A model generated the notes under the pieces. The model was not told the DNA's origin. It searched no databases and was given only the letters and a program-made list of their open reading frames with translations. From positions 43,648,001-43,712,000 of the forward strand of contig NC_079164.1 of assembly GCF_947568905.1 (NCBI RefSeq): DNA of 64,000 bases, read 5' to 3'. This stretch comes from Ostrea edulis (taxonomy: Eukaryota). The position numbers and the translations under genes are program-made. Shown here piece by piece: positions 47,800-61,704 of this stretch; the first letter of the stretch is position 1; every line of letters starts with the position of its first letter.

Positions 47800-50700
47800 A
47801 TATACATTCTTTCCACACAAAGGTTACTTCAAGTTCACTGTCCTTTTTAGAGCGGACATCAATTGTATCTATACTAGTGGTTTATTACGAGTTTTGTACT
47901 AATTAGCAACATACACACTATGTATGAAAATGTTCCTATGTTTTTGTAAAGCCAAACTATAAACTCTGTTCAATAAGATTCATCATATATCCTCTGGTAA
48001 TTTTACACATTTATCGTCATATCGTTAGTGTTTAGATTATGTAAAGACGTTTACGTATGCATTGATGTAATGAGGTATAGAATTACAAAATAATAAATAG
48101 GTGTCGGATCAAGTGAAAAAGAGAAAGTTGTTTTCTTAACCTCCTTAAAATATGACAACGTGGAATTGTGAAATTATCAGCTTATAGGAGTTATGAGAGT
48201 GATCACTGTTCGTTATCTTCACCTTTCATTAATGAGTTTGACATCTGCTGTAATGTTTAATTGTGCTATCTATTGTCCCACAAACTCGAGAAGTTTGAAG
48301 TCATTGCCCCATTTACAGATATTACAACTGCATTCGAATGCAATTGTCCTGAAAATCACTAACAGTTAAGCATCTATATTTATTACAATGATTGTTTTAT
48401 CAATGCCGCTCATATACTTGACATTGATTGTATATATAACTGGATCTTCCCTAACAGGCTAATACCCCGGAGTAATCCAAACCAGAGCATATTCCAATCC
48501 CGTATTCATGCAAACTTCAACAATTCCTGCATTACATGGTTACGGACCAGACTAAGGTTCTCATTTGTAACCTTGACCAGTTGTAAATGATCTTTGTTGG
48601 AGGTTCAAGAAAAAGTGAAAATGATTTTTACTTCCGTCAAATGAACGTCGTTAAAGGCCATGATACACTTTCTGATCATAAGCAATACATGCACGAGATT
48701 CGAATATTTCCCCATTGCAAGACACATTCCCATTTGACCTAGGTCAAATGACCTTGGTTCAAGGTTATATCAATCCATCTGGTCATTAGAATCTTATATA
48801 CGAAGCGTTTGCTTCTCTTATCTGCGAGATAATGATGTGGTCCAGACAAATCTTTCGAGTTCTATTTACCAGTGAACTTGGCCAACTGAAGTTAGTTCAG
48901 GGACACGACGCACAATCTGGCTATAAGCAACCTTTGTTGTTCAAAGTTATTGCCTTTTTAACGCCTCTTCATAACAGAGTGATGGCCTTGACAAATAGTG
49001 GGATGGGTGGACAGACAGACAATTAGACAGACATGGTGATGCCTCTATACCTTTCCTATTTGTCGATGGAATGATAAAGTCTAAATGCTCCAAATTCTCC
49101 ATTACGATTGTCAATTTCATTCTATAAAAGTATAAAAATTGCATTCTAATATCACAACGCCGTCTTGAAGAAGTAATGTAGACAAACAAACGGCAATCCA
49201 ATATTGAACAATTTTATTAAAAATCATGATAAAGTTAAAGCAATCCAAGCTGTAACTGACGGTAAATAAATTAGAAAATAAAAGAACAAATAGTCAACAT
49301 ATATGTGATTGAATATATATAACTTAATAGAATCAGAGTGGATCTGAAGCAATAAACCCGTCAAATTAGCAAAAAATGTTAATTCATGAATCATTGTCAT
49401 CCTCTCAGTAATTCCTGTTCGTAACCTCCGATGTGCATTGACCTTGGAGGTCACCAGTTCGGAAAAAGCGAAAGAGAGGCACTGAGTATGTGCTAGATTT
49501 GTAAACAGTTTAAAATGCCAATTTTATAGAAAATTCAAAATTTCATTTGAGTGGCACATTTGTGTAATTATTACCTTTTTACACTTGCATAGTATTTCTA
49601 GTCATTCATGAAACAACGTAATATTTTAAAACAAACGACAGTGTAGTTACTCGCGTCAGTTTCCGTCTTTGTATATGACTTCGGTCTAAGCAACCCGATT
49701 ATGTTCGACAATCATCGTTCCCATGTCCGTGTATACGACACAATGGCGGTTTATACGAAACACTCATTGTAGGTGTGCTCTCAAACTTTCAATTCTTTAT
49801 TGTCCTTGAGTTATACAACTCATCGGAATACATCTAGTACGTATACATGTACATTTGTATACACAATATATCAAATTGTATAAGATAAACAACAGGTGAG
49901 TGGACAGGAGAAGATAGGAGGAGAAGAAATTACAAATAAAAATCATATATATGTAATCACATTATGAGATGCACATGTTATTAGAAAAATACTATAATCA
50001 TATTATTGATTTACAATGCTAAACTTCGTATTTTCACAAACAATATTCCCTTGTTTATTTTTCAGAATTTTTCTGCAGATCTTGGGGATTATATTAGTTA
50101 TACCGGTAGGTGTTATTTGGTGAATAATTGGATAGTTGAAAAAATACCGTCAGTTACAGCTTGTATCGCTTTAAGAACACCAACAAGTTATAATTCAATT
50201 TTTGACTAAAATATTGCTTGTGTACAACATCATATAGGAAAATTAACATTATAAGAATACATCTCTAGTAAAAACATCAAGTATTGCGCCTATATATATA
50301 CAAAGCATGCATATAATAAACCTTTTCCGTTTCGAAAGTTTAAAAAAAAAAGCATTGGTTACATGTATCGACCTTGATAATCTGTATATATGTTACCCAT
50401 CATTATTATATGATTAGCTGACTGAAATGTTGATAGTATATAATATTTACATTGTTTATATACCCCCACAAACAAAGTTGGAATCACTATGTCCTGTCAG
50501 TCTTTCTGTCTGCAGACATGATTTTGTCCGGGTATGATCTAAGAAATTAGTGCAAGAATTTTTTCTGAAAATCCGTACACTTATTACTCACCATCTAAAG
50601 ATGTACACCTGATATTTTCATATTGAATGGACAATTTTTCTTCAAGTTACAGACTTTTTTTCTATTTATGGACATCGTCATGTCATTTATTAAACTAAAA

Positions 50701-50884
50701 AATGTATATCTTAAAAATTCTTGAAGAGGAATGCATTGTTCTTAGACTGAAGTTGTGCATTTCTCATTTCAAATTAGTACATTTAACGTATTAGAAAGTT
50801 ATGCTAATTTCTATTTTGTTTAAGAGTATTGTTTGAGAATATTTCAAAAACAGATTAAACGATTTGAATCAGACCTTCTACATA

Positions 50885-51140
50885 TTGATCACTGTTCGTT
50901 ATCTTCACCTTTCACCTTCTATATACAATTTTGATATATTATTGGCACACTGATTTTGACTACTGATAACTTCGAGATACAGGACTCACTACGGGTGTGA
51001 CCGGTCAACAGGGGATGCTTACTCCTCTTAGAATATTTAAAAATCCCACAACTCATATATCCGGGGTCTGTGTTTGCCCAACTCTCTATTTTGTATTGGT
51101 TGTGGTAGTTATGAGATTAATTACTGTTCATTATCTAGTG
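50885..51140 (+). mobile_element. Penelope-like 3' UTR fragment with duplicated terminus
   Basis: TGATCACTGTTCGTTATCTTCACCTTTC precedes a diverged 3' UTR copy. Another 45-bp terminus lies at about 48183-48228. Confidence 0.7.
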
Positions 51141-52899
51141 AATGTATGAATATTTCCATTTTCTATATATCCATTCTCTGTTGGTAGGGGTGGGGGTTGT
51201 TGCTGTTCATACTCTAGCAATTGTTAAATCATGTACCAAATTAAGAGAAATGATAATAAACATCAAATTCTCTGAAAATCCTATCATTTTTGGTAGTGTT
51301 TATATTGAGCATCACCGGAAATATTTTGATATCTGACTGATTCATTGTCTTTTTTTAACGAAAAATTTTCAATAAAAAAATAATACACTAGATGACGATT
51401 TGATTAAACAACTTCTGGTTTGATCAGAGGAAGTCTGTTTTTTATCCATTATGTAATGTGCCCCGCTGGGGGTATTAGTCCCGAAAGGACTGTTCTAGTT
51501 GCCTTTGATATCTCAACAAATTGTAATGATAGCCAATTTCTCATGTATGCGATGCAGTTGTGAACAGTGCTTGTATTAATCTGGGTAAATGTAGTATATG
51601 TATATCCTTTTTAACAGCTAGGAATGACTACAGAAATGAAATTAAAATATAAATGTCATTTGTCAAAATACATGAGGATATGAACTGCGATGATACTTTT
51701 CATGAAGCGCTTCATAATGTACATGTGTGCTGGCGTAAAGCCCTCGAGTCTTAATTGAATGTACATACGTTGTAATCGCAAACAATCACGAACTTAATAA
51801 CGTCATATTCTAACAATGTCAATGTGGAAATTACTGTATCTATGTTATGTCAAGAAATGGCTATTGTAGAACCTATTTACTGGATGTAAAATTTCCTATA
51901 GAAAGTTTAACAAGATTTTGAAAATTCCCGTTAGGATATTGCTATCTGAAAATATATTTTCCAAAGATTTTAGTTCAAAGTTCACCTGTGAGAAAGGTAG
52001 TTTTGAACATTTCACACTCGAAAACTTCACCTTTCCTTTACATCGTATACGGAGGGAAAATGTAACGAGGCTTTCGTGAATAAAGTTGTGAGGAGAAAAA
52101 ATCTTTGAAGTATACGATCCTTACAACGAATGTTGGGAAACTCCCTGGAGATTTGTAAAACCTACAATACCAGTCCATGGAAAAAAACAACCATACACAC
52201 TAAAGTTCAACAAGCAGGTGTTCATGTACATGACACGGATACTGCGAACCTGAAATATCAAGTTACGTCACAACGCTGTCTTAATCATATAAAAAACCTA
52301 AGTAGTACTGCACGACTCACTAGTAACAAAATCATCAAAGAAATGGATAGAGTATCTATCTATCTATCTATCTATATATATATATACCAGATAATTTCTT
52401 ATGATCAATGGATATTTAATCCTCCTTGTGAGAACAAATGAGAGAAGGGAAAAGAAACAGCGTATTGATTAAGTATAATTGCTTGATAACACGCTCGTCA
52501 CAAGCTTACGTAGAGCGTTTTTCATAAGGAGTTTGTTTTCTATAAAATTCATTAGCAAACATGACAAAAAGGTCATGAGTTGTATCAGCCATCAAGCTAT
52601 GATATACATGTACTTTCTTTTGTGTCGTATGAATAAAAGTTCCTAGATTAAAAATTGTGACAGGGGGCAAATAGACAAACCAGAAGCTCTGTGTGTAAAA
52701 TATTTCCCATATACATGTACATGTATATGACTAAGTTCAACAATCTGTAAATTTTTCTAACGTCAAAGAAATTAGCAAATTGTTGGGAATCGAAATACTT
52801 GCAACACGCACATCTCCAGCTTAAGCTGATTATAAAAGCCTTAGCTTGAAAACAGTGAGGGGAGATGGTGAACAAACTATGTATTGGCTCAGTTATATT

Positions 52900-53255
52900 T
52901 CCTCAAAATTTACTAAGTTCAACAACCTGTTATTTTCTCAAAAACTGAAGAAAAGCAAAATCCTTGCCACATGAACATCTTTAATACTCATACAAAATTT
53001 CAGTAAAATAAGGTCCTCACTTGAAAACTGGGGGAAGAATTTTACGGACAAATCATACAATATTCACTTTCAAATAAAGTGTCAGCACTCCTAAAAGAGG
53101 TCGAATGGATCAAAATTACACCATGATCTAGAGTTACTCACGAAGCAGCTACACAACAATTTTAGCATGCTGTGAGACAAAGACAGAAAAGCCCTGAAGA
53201 ATAGACGGACGTAGACATCGCTATACCATAATACACTGTACGTCCCGTATAAAGA
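52900..53255 (+). mobile_element. Helentron-like element 3' part
   Basis: Same core and 3' end (CGCTATACCATAATAC..CGTCCCGTATAAAG) as 44866-47003. Confidence 0.6.
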
Positions 53256-53368
53256 AGTACACAATGTCAAGAAAACTATCCCATTTTCGGCAGTGAAATA
53301 GAAACTTTCGTATAATCAATGTCCTTGAAAAATCAGGATTAGAGATGCCCATACATTAGTTTTTATAA

Positions 53369-54640
53369 GGGTACCTGTAAAGTGCGAAACGAAATCAAAA
53401 CGAAACGAAACGAAATCTACCGAAACGAAACGAAACCTACCGAAACGAAACCCAACGAAACGAAACCTACCGAAACGAAACGAAACAGATTGTATAATCA
53501 AACTCTTTTAATTATAATAATTAAAAATGGTATCTCAGGCCCCTGTTAAGTTTACACATATAAATAAAATTCGCCTCCCCTTTGATGTAGGCTTTCGGCT
53601 TGACTGATACAAAGTTTTAAAAGTTGGAAAGGGGGGGGGAGGGTAAGCACAAAGCACATAAATACCATGTACAATTAGCTTCGGATCCATAAATTTCAGA
53701 ACGGGAGGTTACAGTCTCACAGGTCAGAGGTCTGGGGAAACACACTAAACGAGGGATGGGGTCGTCGGCGCTGGATCCCCTTTTGGGCATAAATACATGT
53801 TTCAGTATTTTTGTTCTAAAGACAAATATATGTATACATGTGGATATTGTGTATTTGTATGTAGTATATCAAACGGTGGATTCTGAATATGTCCTCCCGT
53901 TCTCTTTGTGATTTCTGCTTAAAATCCCCTTGTTCATAAGCCTTTTCAGTTTACAAAATGCCGACCTCCTCCTAATATTATTGCATTAAAAAAAATCCGT
54001 TTTCCGTCCCGTTTTCAATTCCCCGTCTTAGCAACACCCCAAACGTCAATCTCTCACCAGAGGGCGTATTACACTACGCTACAACGATAACTCTGGGTAG
54101 AGATTGCCCAAATGTATAGAGTTTTTCCATTATTGAAAGTACTCGCACCTCAGCAGGTAGAGATAAAATAAGAGGTTAAGAGCTCTTCCTGCTTTCAATT
54201 TTCTCAGACACCAGCTTCTTCAAACAATGTATCTATGCCCAAAGGCGGATCCAACGTCGGCGACCCCACCCCTCGTATAGTGTGTTTCCCCAGATCTCTG
54301 AGACTGTAACCCTCGGTTCTGAAATTTATGGATCCGAAACTAATTGTACATGTCATTTAATCAACTACGGATATGTACTTTGTGCTTACTCCCCCCCTTT
54401 CCAACTTTTAAAACTTTGTAACAGTCAAGCCGAAAGCCTACATCAAAGGGGAGGCGAATTTTATTTATATGTTGTAACTTTCACAGGGGCCTAAGATACC
54501 ATTTTTAATTATTATAATTAAAAGAGTTCGGTTATACAATCTGTTTCGTTTCGTTTTGGTAGGATTCGTTTCGTTTCGGTAGGTTTCGTTTCGGTAGATT
54601 TCGTTTCGTTTCGATTTCGTTTCGCACTTTACAGGTACCC
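53369..54640. mobile_element. Mutator-like foldback element, perfect 10-bp TSD
   Basis: GTTTTTATAA at 53359-53368 and 54641-54650. TIRs start GGGTACCTGTAAAGTGCGAAACGAAATC with (CGAAA)n repeats and extend about 420-430 bp. Confidence 0.88.
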
Positions 54641-54753
54641 GTTTTTATAAGTGATTGAATTACATTATTCTTAAGGACTTGCTTTGTGTCAAATAGTTTT
54701 TCATGTTATAGTGTCTCCATACCTGCCTTGTATGCACAAGATTTACGCTTGTT

Positions 54754-56460
54754 TTAATTTACACTGCCATCAACTTCAGTAATCAACGACTGTCTTTCCC
54801 CCCGTGACCTGTTACGCCCACGAATTCGATTCCACAATTCCCGCCTGACGTCAGAATCTCGAATGCAGAATAAGATACAGTTACAGAACGCCTGCAAACT
54901 GTCTCCAACGCTCTGGAAGTGCAGAAGAACCATGTCGGTGGAATTGAACTTTTCATAGAGGTTGTGGTTCAGTGTTTTAGAAATAGCGATACCATAGCGA
55001 ACTGTACCCGCTACCCGGAGAATGACTATAACGAAGAAGATCATGATATATAACTCGTCCTCTTCTCGGAGATGATTGCGACTTCGATCTTTGAATCGCA
55101 TTGACTGCAATAGAAAAGAAAAATAAAAGTTTAAAAATTAATCTGCGATAAATGTACCAATTAAGTATATTAACAGAGATTGATTCATTTTAATTTGCAT
55201 AAGAAGAACATTTATAAAAACATACCAGTAAAGAAATACCATTTTTAATATTGTGAATTATTACGAAACCGGAGTTGTATTGAAATACAATGCGTTTAAA
55301 TGCACAACACAACAGTGAGTATATGTATATATCATGTTTACCGTTTTAAACATGTAGAATTTCATGATTAAGTAGAACGCCATGGTTAGGAAGTAAGTAA
55401 GGATTTCCCAGCCCTTTCCCGTAAATGTCATCCAGAATATGACCTGTTGGGGCTCTAGACAGCCCTTAATCCAGCACCATGGTCCACTACTGATAGAGAA
55501 ATCCTCTCCGAGAGCGTTGAGAGAGATCGCTACCAGCGTTATAACCACTGAAAGTTTTTATTCAATAATAGAGTTATCAAGCCAATCAATCTGAATAAGG
55601 AGAATTGTTTATAAACTTATCTGCATTTCATAAAGTTTTCATATGGCATGTGATGCACTACATATTACGTACACTAACGTTTGTAATGCTTACTTTTAAA
55701 TAGCAGACATTTAACACCAGGTAAATATTCGATCTATCGCCTATCAATCTCTGACTTGACCCAAATCAGGCTAGACTACCTCAGACCACACACTTGACCC
55801 CATTATTTACTTATTTTCACAAAACAAAAGTAGCCGGCTCTTCTTTAACAAATATCACACATAGATATACATTTAAGTGGCACTTTTATTGAGTTAAATT
55901 CCTGTGCATGAACTACATGTATATTAACATAAATTTAGATTTTAATTGGCAATGCTATGCATGCGTTTTGTATACTTACACGGTACTCCCCAGGCGACAA
56001 GGTGATAGGTGACTTTATTAAGGAGATTGGACCACTCCCTTTGCGAGATTAAAGTCATGAGAATATGGATCATAATGATGTTTGTCCAGAAGAAAGAAGC
56101 CAGAGACGCGAACGTGGTGACGCAGCTCTGTATGACACAGATCTGATCGTCCCGCAGATGGCAGTCCAGAGACATGTTATGAAGTTTATTCATGTATGAA
56201 GATTCATCCCTCAAAGCATAGTGCAGGGCCCCCACAAGGTTACCCACGGCATTCAGCAAGTCGGCTATAGTCAAGTACACCAGAAGCCGCCTCGTCTGGT
56301 TTTTGGCCACAGTAACTATACAGTATGTGACGAAAATGACCACTGCCCCAATAACAGACAAAGAACTACTCACTAGTGTACATAGTAAGACTGTAGGGGG
56401 AAGATTGCTCGGGTAGGAATCAGTCTGATTGCTCCAATCCGAACTGTGGTTTGCCGACAT
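54754..56460 (-). CDS. GPR157: GPR157-like 7TM GPCR, paralog C, 345 aa
   Basis: Exons 56460-55980, 55547-55342 and 55104-54754 (1038 nt open). Donors GTAAGT (phase 1) and GTAAAC (phase 0). Motifs RRLLVYLTIADLL, ICVIQS..FASLASFFWT, AWGVP, GPWCWI, WMTFTGKGWEI, LRVAGTVRY, SVGDSLQAFCNC. Confidence 0.9.
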
Positions 56461-56835
56461 TTTTTCCTACTTTCTCTTTAAAAACAACAGTAGGTTTCCC
56501 CGTTCAATGAATTTATAAATAGAAGCATCTTATTTGACGTAATTTCTTGGCGGGCTTTTTTATTTAATTGTTTCTAAATGCGGTTTTCAATTGCACAAAA
56601 TAAAGAATGTAATCTGGAATTAGTACATATTTCACACCTCGAACAAAAGATTTTTGCATGTACCAAATAACTTGGTAGACCCCAAGTCCAAGCTTCATGG
56701 TTGGGTGATTGTGTCTTTGTATTTCTAATCATTAGACCAATAATTATCAATGATTGGTAACAATCAAGGAAGGGCGTCGCGGTTTCTGAATTGAATATTA
56801 AAACAAAAACACAAGAACATGAGTTCCCAAAATAT

Positions 56836-56836
<1 letters not shown>

Positions 56837-56874
<38 letters not shown>
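56837..56874. repeat. (CT)n microsatellite
   Basis: Uninterrupted CT dinucleotide run. Confidence 0.95.
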
Positions 56875-56880
<6 letters not shown>

Positions 56881-57186
56881 TCTGTTATACCCCATCACTA
56901 ACAATTCATGAAAATAGTATAGGATGTGTACTCACCATCTTGTGTTCAGGCATCGGTCACAAAGTGATACATCCAGCAATCTATCATTTGAAACAAATTT
57001 AAAAGACACAGGGACGGTTTTATATCACTTTATCAGCATTTTCTGATCCGTTTTTGTTGGTCATCCAAATAGTTTGTTTTCAAAATCATTTTCAGAAATG
57101 ATATATAGGATACGGATGGAAGTATTTTCTATAATGCCCGAAAATGTCCAAAAGAATAGTTTTAGTAAGTTCTTAACTTAAATCTA

Positions 57187-57921
57187 TGGCAAGCCCTTTT
57201 ACTATTTATTCATAAAATAAGATGTCTCTTTAAATAAGAGAGATATCTTTATTGATTAAAGAGATATCTCTGTAAGTTAGAGAGATATCTTTTTACGCTA
57301 GGGAGATATCTCTTTTGATTAAAGAGATATCTCGTTAAGCAAATGAGATATCTCTTTACGCTTGGGAGATATCTCTTTCTCTTTGAGAGATATCTCTCAA
57401 AGCTAGAGAGATATCTCTCAGAGAGAAAGAGATATCTCTCTAGCGTAGAGATATTTTTCTATCGATGTAAAAAGAGATATCTCTTTAAGTAAGAGAGATA
57501 TCTCTTTAAATTTTCAAAAATAGATATCTCTTTAATATAAAATATTAAAGAGATATCTCTTTCGATTTTCCCCCCGGTGATCATAATGACTTCTCCCTGT
57601 TGCATTGTCAGTGAAATGATGTAACCCTATTTTTTAACCAAGCAAAATACTTCTAGCCTACAAATGGCGGGTAAGGTTGAAGAGGTGGTTGGGGTAATAT
57701 TGTCAAGTTGCCGAGAGGCGAAATCTAGTCCAGCTTGCATATTTCATCAATTTATTGTCTTTGTTTTCTGTTACCTGTACATATATACATTTCACATGCG
57801 GTAAAAAGCAAAATCTTCCCACGGGATTGCAGTCATCAGGGTGTTGCTAAAACGCGGAACGGAAAACGAAACGGAACAGAATTTAAGAATTAGAGTGATT
57901 AATGTAGATAACGGTAAAAAT

Positions 57922-57957
<36 letters not shown>

Positions 57958-60055
57958 CCATTTTGATTAAAATCAACAATTTGGGAATTGTTTACAAGCG
58001 ATAAAACAACTTTATCTTAAAATTTTGCATTATAAATTGATTAATCGAATTTAGTTAAACGTTAGTATAAGAATTTACAAGGCATTGTACAAGAATTTCG
58101 AAATTTTGGCAATGACAGGGGTGTTAGCGAGCAGTGACACCTAACCTATGGGTAGAGAATGAAAAGAACACACGTGGTTTATCCCCCCCCCCCCCCCCCG
58201 GTGGCAAAACGTCATTAACGAACACGTACACGTATTTACACATAATACCGTGTATGTGTGTACTTACAACAAGGAGTGTGATATGTATAAAACAATAATA
58301 ATTCATGATCTTATTTAGTCAACAAGTTAAACATCTTTTGTCTGATTTATCATTTTTTAACTAACAGGGGATTTAGTAACCGCAACACTCCAATCCTAAA
58401 TAGTGAGGACTTCTGGCAGTTAATTTTTAAACTAAATACTTGTATAGTTTAATATTTGGATTAAGAATGAGATGACTTTGAATTCCATTCAAGTATAAAT
58501 TCTGTGTTAGGTTTTTAGCTACTTCATATATTATGAAATAAATCTGTTAATTCCTCTTACTATTGGTCGTAAACTTCACCCTAGTTAACATTGGTTTTGT
58601 TTCAATCTTTCTTTACTGCTGTATCTCTTAAGTTTCAACACTAATCCGCAGGATATCGGTAAATGTACGAACTTTCGCATAGATTCATCCCAAATGAAGC
58701 AAAACTTGTTTCTTCACCGGACTCGTTCGCTTTAAAATTTGATTTGATACATAAATGTATATTGTACCAGGTGTAGAACTAAATTCAAATTCACTTATCT
58801 TAAACATATGTAGTTCGATTAAAAGCACGTTCGATTTAAAAAGGCTATGTTTAGGGAAAATTGTTCAAAGAATTATTTTATCTTTTACAATGTTGTTTTC
58901 GGGGGAGAGTGGTGTACCTTTTATTCATTGGATGGGCTCATAAAATCTTTTCTTACCATACCCGCCAGAATAAAGTAATAAATTATAATTCAAGTCTTTT
59001 CAGTATGTTACCTTATTTATTTTTTCTTCATTTGTGAAACAACATACTGTCAAAATCGGGGGGGGGGGGGGGGGGGTCACAAAGCCGGGAAAAAAGATGG
59101 TGCCAATAGGCGCTTGCTTAATATTTTTATTAAAACTTACTATATGCAAAATATTAAGCAAGCGCCTGTTGGTATATTCATCCGCAAAACACACCGTGTA
59201 AAAATACATAATAATACTTTAGTATGAGGTATCAATATGAAATGGTGGATTCTGAGGATGACTTCCTGTTCTCTCTGTAATTTCTGCATTCCTTGTTCAA
59301 AAGAAGCCTTTTGATTTTGCAAAATGTTGACCTCTTCATGACATTATTGCCTATATTTTCCGTTTTCCGTTCCATTTTCCGTTCCGCGTTTTAGCAACAC
59401 CCCAGCCATCATGGTAAGATTTGCTTTGGCAGGCTTCCGTTTTAGGGAGGAGTACTTAAGTATTCAAACTAATAAAAATATTGGAAAGAGAGATATCGTT
59501 CTCTTTGAGAGATATCTCTTTTTCAACGATTAAAGAGATATCTCTTATACTTTGAGAGATATCTCTCTAGGAATTCTTAGAGAGATATCTCTTTAAGTGA
59601 AGGATATCTCTCTCAGAGTAAAAGAGATATCTCTCAGAGTAAAAGAGATATCTCTTTAAGTGAAAGAGATATATCTCTAAGTGAAAGAGATATCTCTTAA
59701 AGTATAAGATATATCTCTTAAAGTATAAGAGATATCTCTCTACGTGAAAGAGATATCTCTTAAAGTGAAAAAGATATCTCTTTAAGTGTAAGAGATATCT
59801 CTAAAGGTAAAAGAGATATCTCTCTAAGTGAAAAATATCTCTCCAAATGAAAGAGATATCTCTCTAAGTGAAAGAGATATCTCTCTAAATGAAAGAGATA
59901 TCTCTCTAAGTGAAAGAGATATCTCTTATTTAGAGAGATATCTCTTAAGATTAAGAGATATCTTTCAATTTAAAGAGATATCTCTTTAAAATAAGAGATA
60001 TCTTTAATTCAAAGAGATATCTTATTTTTCGAATAAATAGTAAAAGGGCTTGCCA
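57187..60055. mobile_element. TIR element with TA flanks and subterminal AGAGATATCTCT arrays
   Basis: TA|TGGCAAGCCCTTTTACTATTTATTC at the left and GAATAAATAGTAAAAGGGCTTGCCA|TA at the right. Palindromic arrays at about 57220-57562 and 59485-60025. Confidence 0.8.
57839..59402. mobile_element. Mutator-like non-autonomous element, 9-bp TSD
   Basis: TIRs GGGTGTTGCTAAAACGCGGAACGGAAAA. CAGTCATCA (57830-57838) and CAGCCATCA (59403-59411), 8/9 identical. Confidence 0.8.
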
Positions 60056-61663
60056 TATAAATCCATTTGAAAAGACATGACAGACATTCTTGAAACATGA
60101 ATGAAGATATAGTGAATGTGTTCGAAAAACCTAATGATACTTGAAAACTACTCACTGTGCACCCTCACCTGGTTGTTGAATACAGGTAAAGTCCCTTTGA
60201 GGGCACAAATTATCAAACCCGACCAATACAAAATTGCACCAATCAAGATAAATGCTGATGATCTTGATCAAAGGATAAAAAATACGGAAATAAATTAAAT
60301 AAAGACCACAAAGAGTTTTTATTTCTCGTACTAAGCATGTTGTTAAACTTTTTCTCGCCACTCTATTTGGTCCCTCGCTTTGCTACTCGAGAAATGTTTA
60401 CTAACATAAACTTGGCAAATGGATCTAAACACATGAAAATCAATGCATTTATGGTCCAGATCGAAAACGGACACATTGTACGAGAGAAATTTCTTGGTGA
60501 AATGTACATCTTTATACAACGTCCGAATGACTAAATATTTCATAAGAGACAGCAGGTAATAAATGTAAATGAATGGATAATTTTGTATATCCTCTCTATA
60601 CTTTGTAGCTTTTGATGCATCCAATATTAGGATGACACTTGCTACAAATATCTTTTTTTTAAAATGAAAACTTAATTACAAGAAAAAAAATATATAATAA
60701 ATTGAAAAAAAAAAAATGGATTAAAAAATGTTTTTAAGAACAAAATTAATACAATTCACAGCGTGAAATGTAATTTACTCCCATGATTTCCCAAACAGTG
60801 GGTATATAATTATATATGGAGAGGTGCATAAGTAATATATGTCAACTATTCAACATCATATAATTTACGTCCCTGAATTTTTTGGAATTTTATAGTTACA
60901 CTTGTAACAACCAAACTAAGCCAAAAATGTATAACTACATGTATATATCAACCCATTATTGTTTGTTTGCATTGTGTGTACTTAAACTGGATGAATATGT
61001 AGTGTGAACTCAATACATGTATGCAAGTCAGATGGATTTTCAAGGACGAAATGGTGTTAAAGTTGTATATCCATTCCCCCTGAAAAATCAAATTGCTTGA
61101 CATTTATTGTCTTGCGCTGCAAAGAACATCAAATTACATGTAACAGAATCTGGCTTGCTACTCCAATGTACATGTATAATACGGAACATATTGCCCACTA
61201 TAGTTGCCTGAATTGGTTGAATTCCTATATGCGTTAATAAACAAGATGTACATGGCGCACAAAATGTATTAATGTTTTACACTGTGGATGGTATTTGCAA
61301 TGAAAACAAGTCCCATATTTACATACTACAAGTGCTTTAACAACTCAGATGGCACATCACAATTTCACATAAAGTGTCACTACACTAGCGCACACACCAG
61401 TCTGAGGGCTAAGTGGGAGAATGGATGGTATGCCCACATTGTGAATTCGAACCAGGGAAGATAACAGGATATCGACATAACAATGTGGTACTCACTGGTG
61501 CCGAAAGTCTAAATGCGTGGATGACCTAAGGTTTTGAAATGGTTTGAACTTATCTGATGCCCCTCTTCCTACCGGGCATTGTACTGGGTAACAGTACCAG
61601 TACTATCATGTACCGCCCGAGACACTCCTGACACAGCCTCGCTTCCGTTTAGAAGAGTTGGAT

Positions 61664-61665
<2 letters not shown>

Positions 61666-61703
<38 letters not shown>
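61666..61703. repeat. (GA)n microsatellite
   Basis: Uninterrupted GA dinucleotide run. Confidence 0.95.
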
Positions 61704-61704
<1 letters not shown>

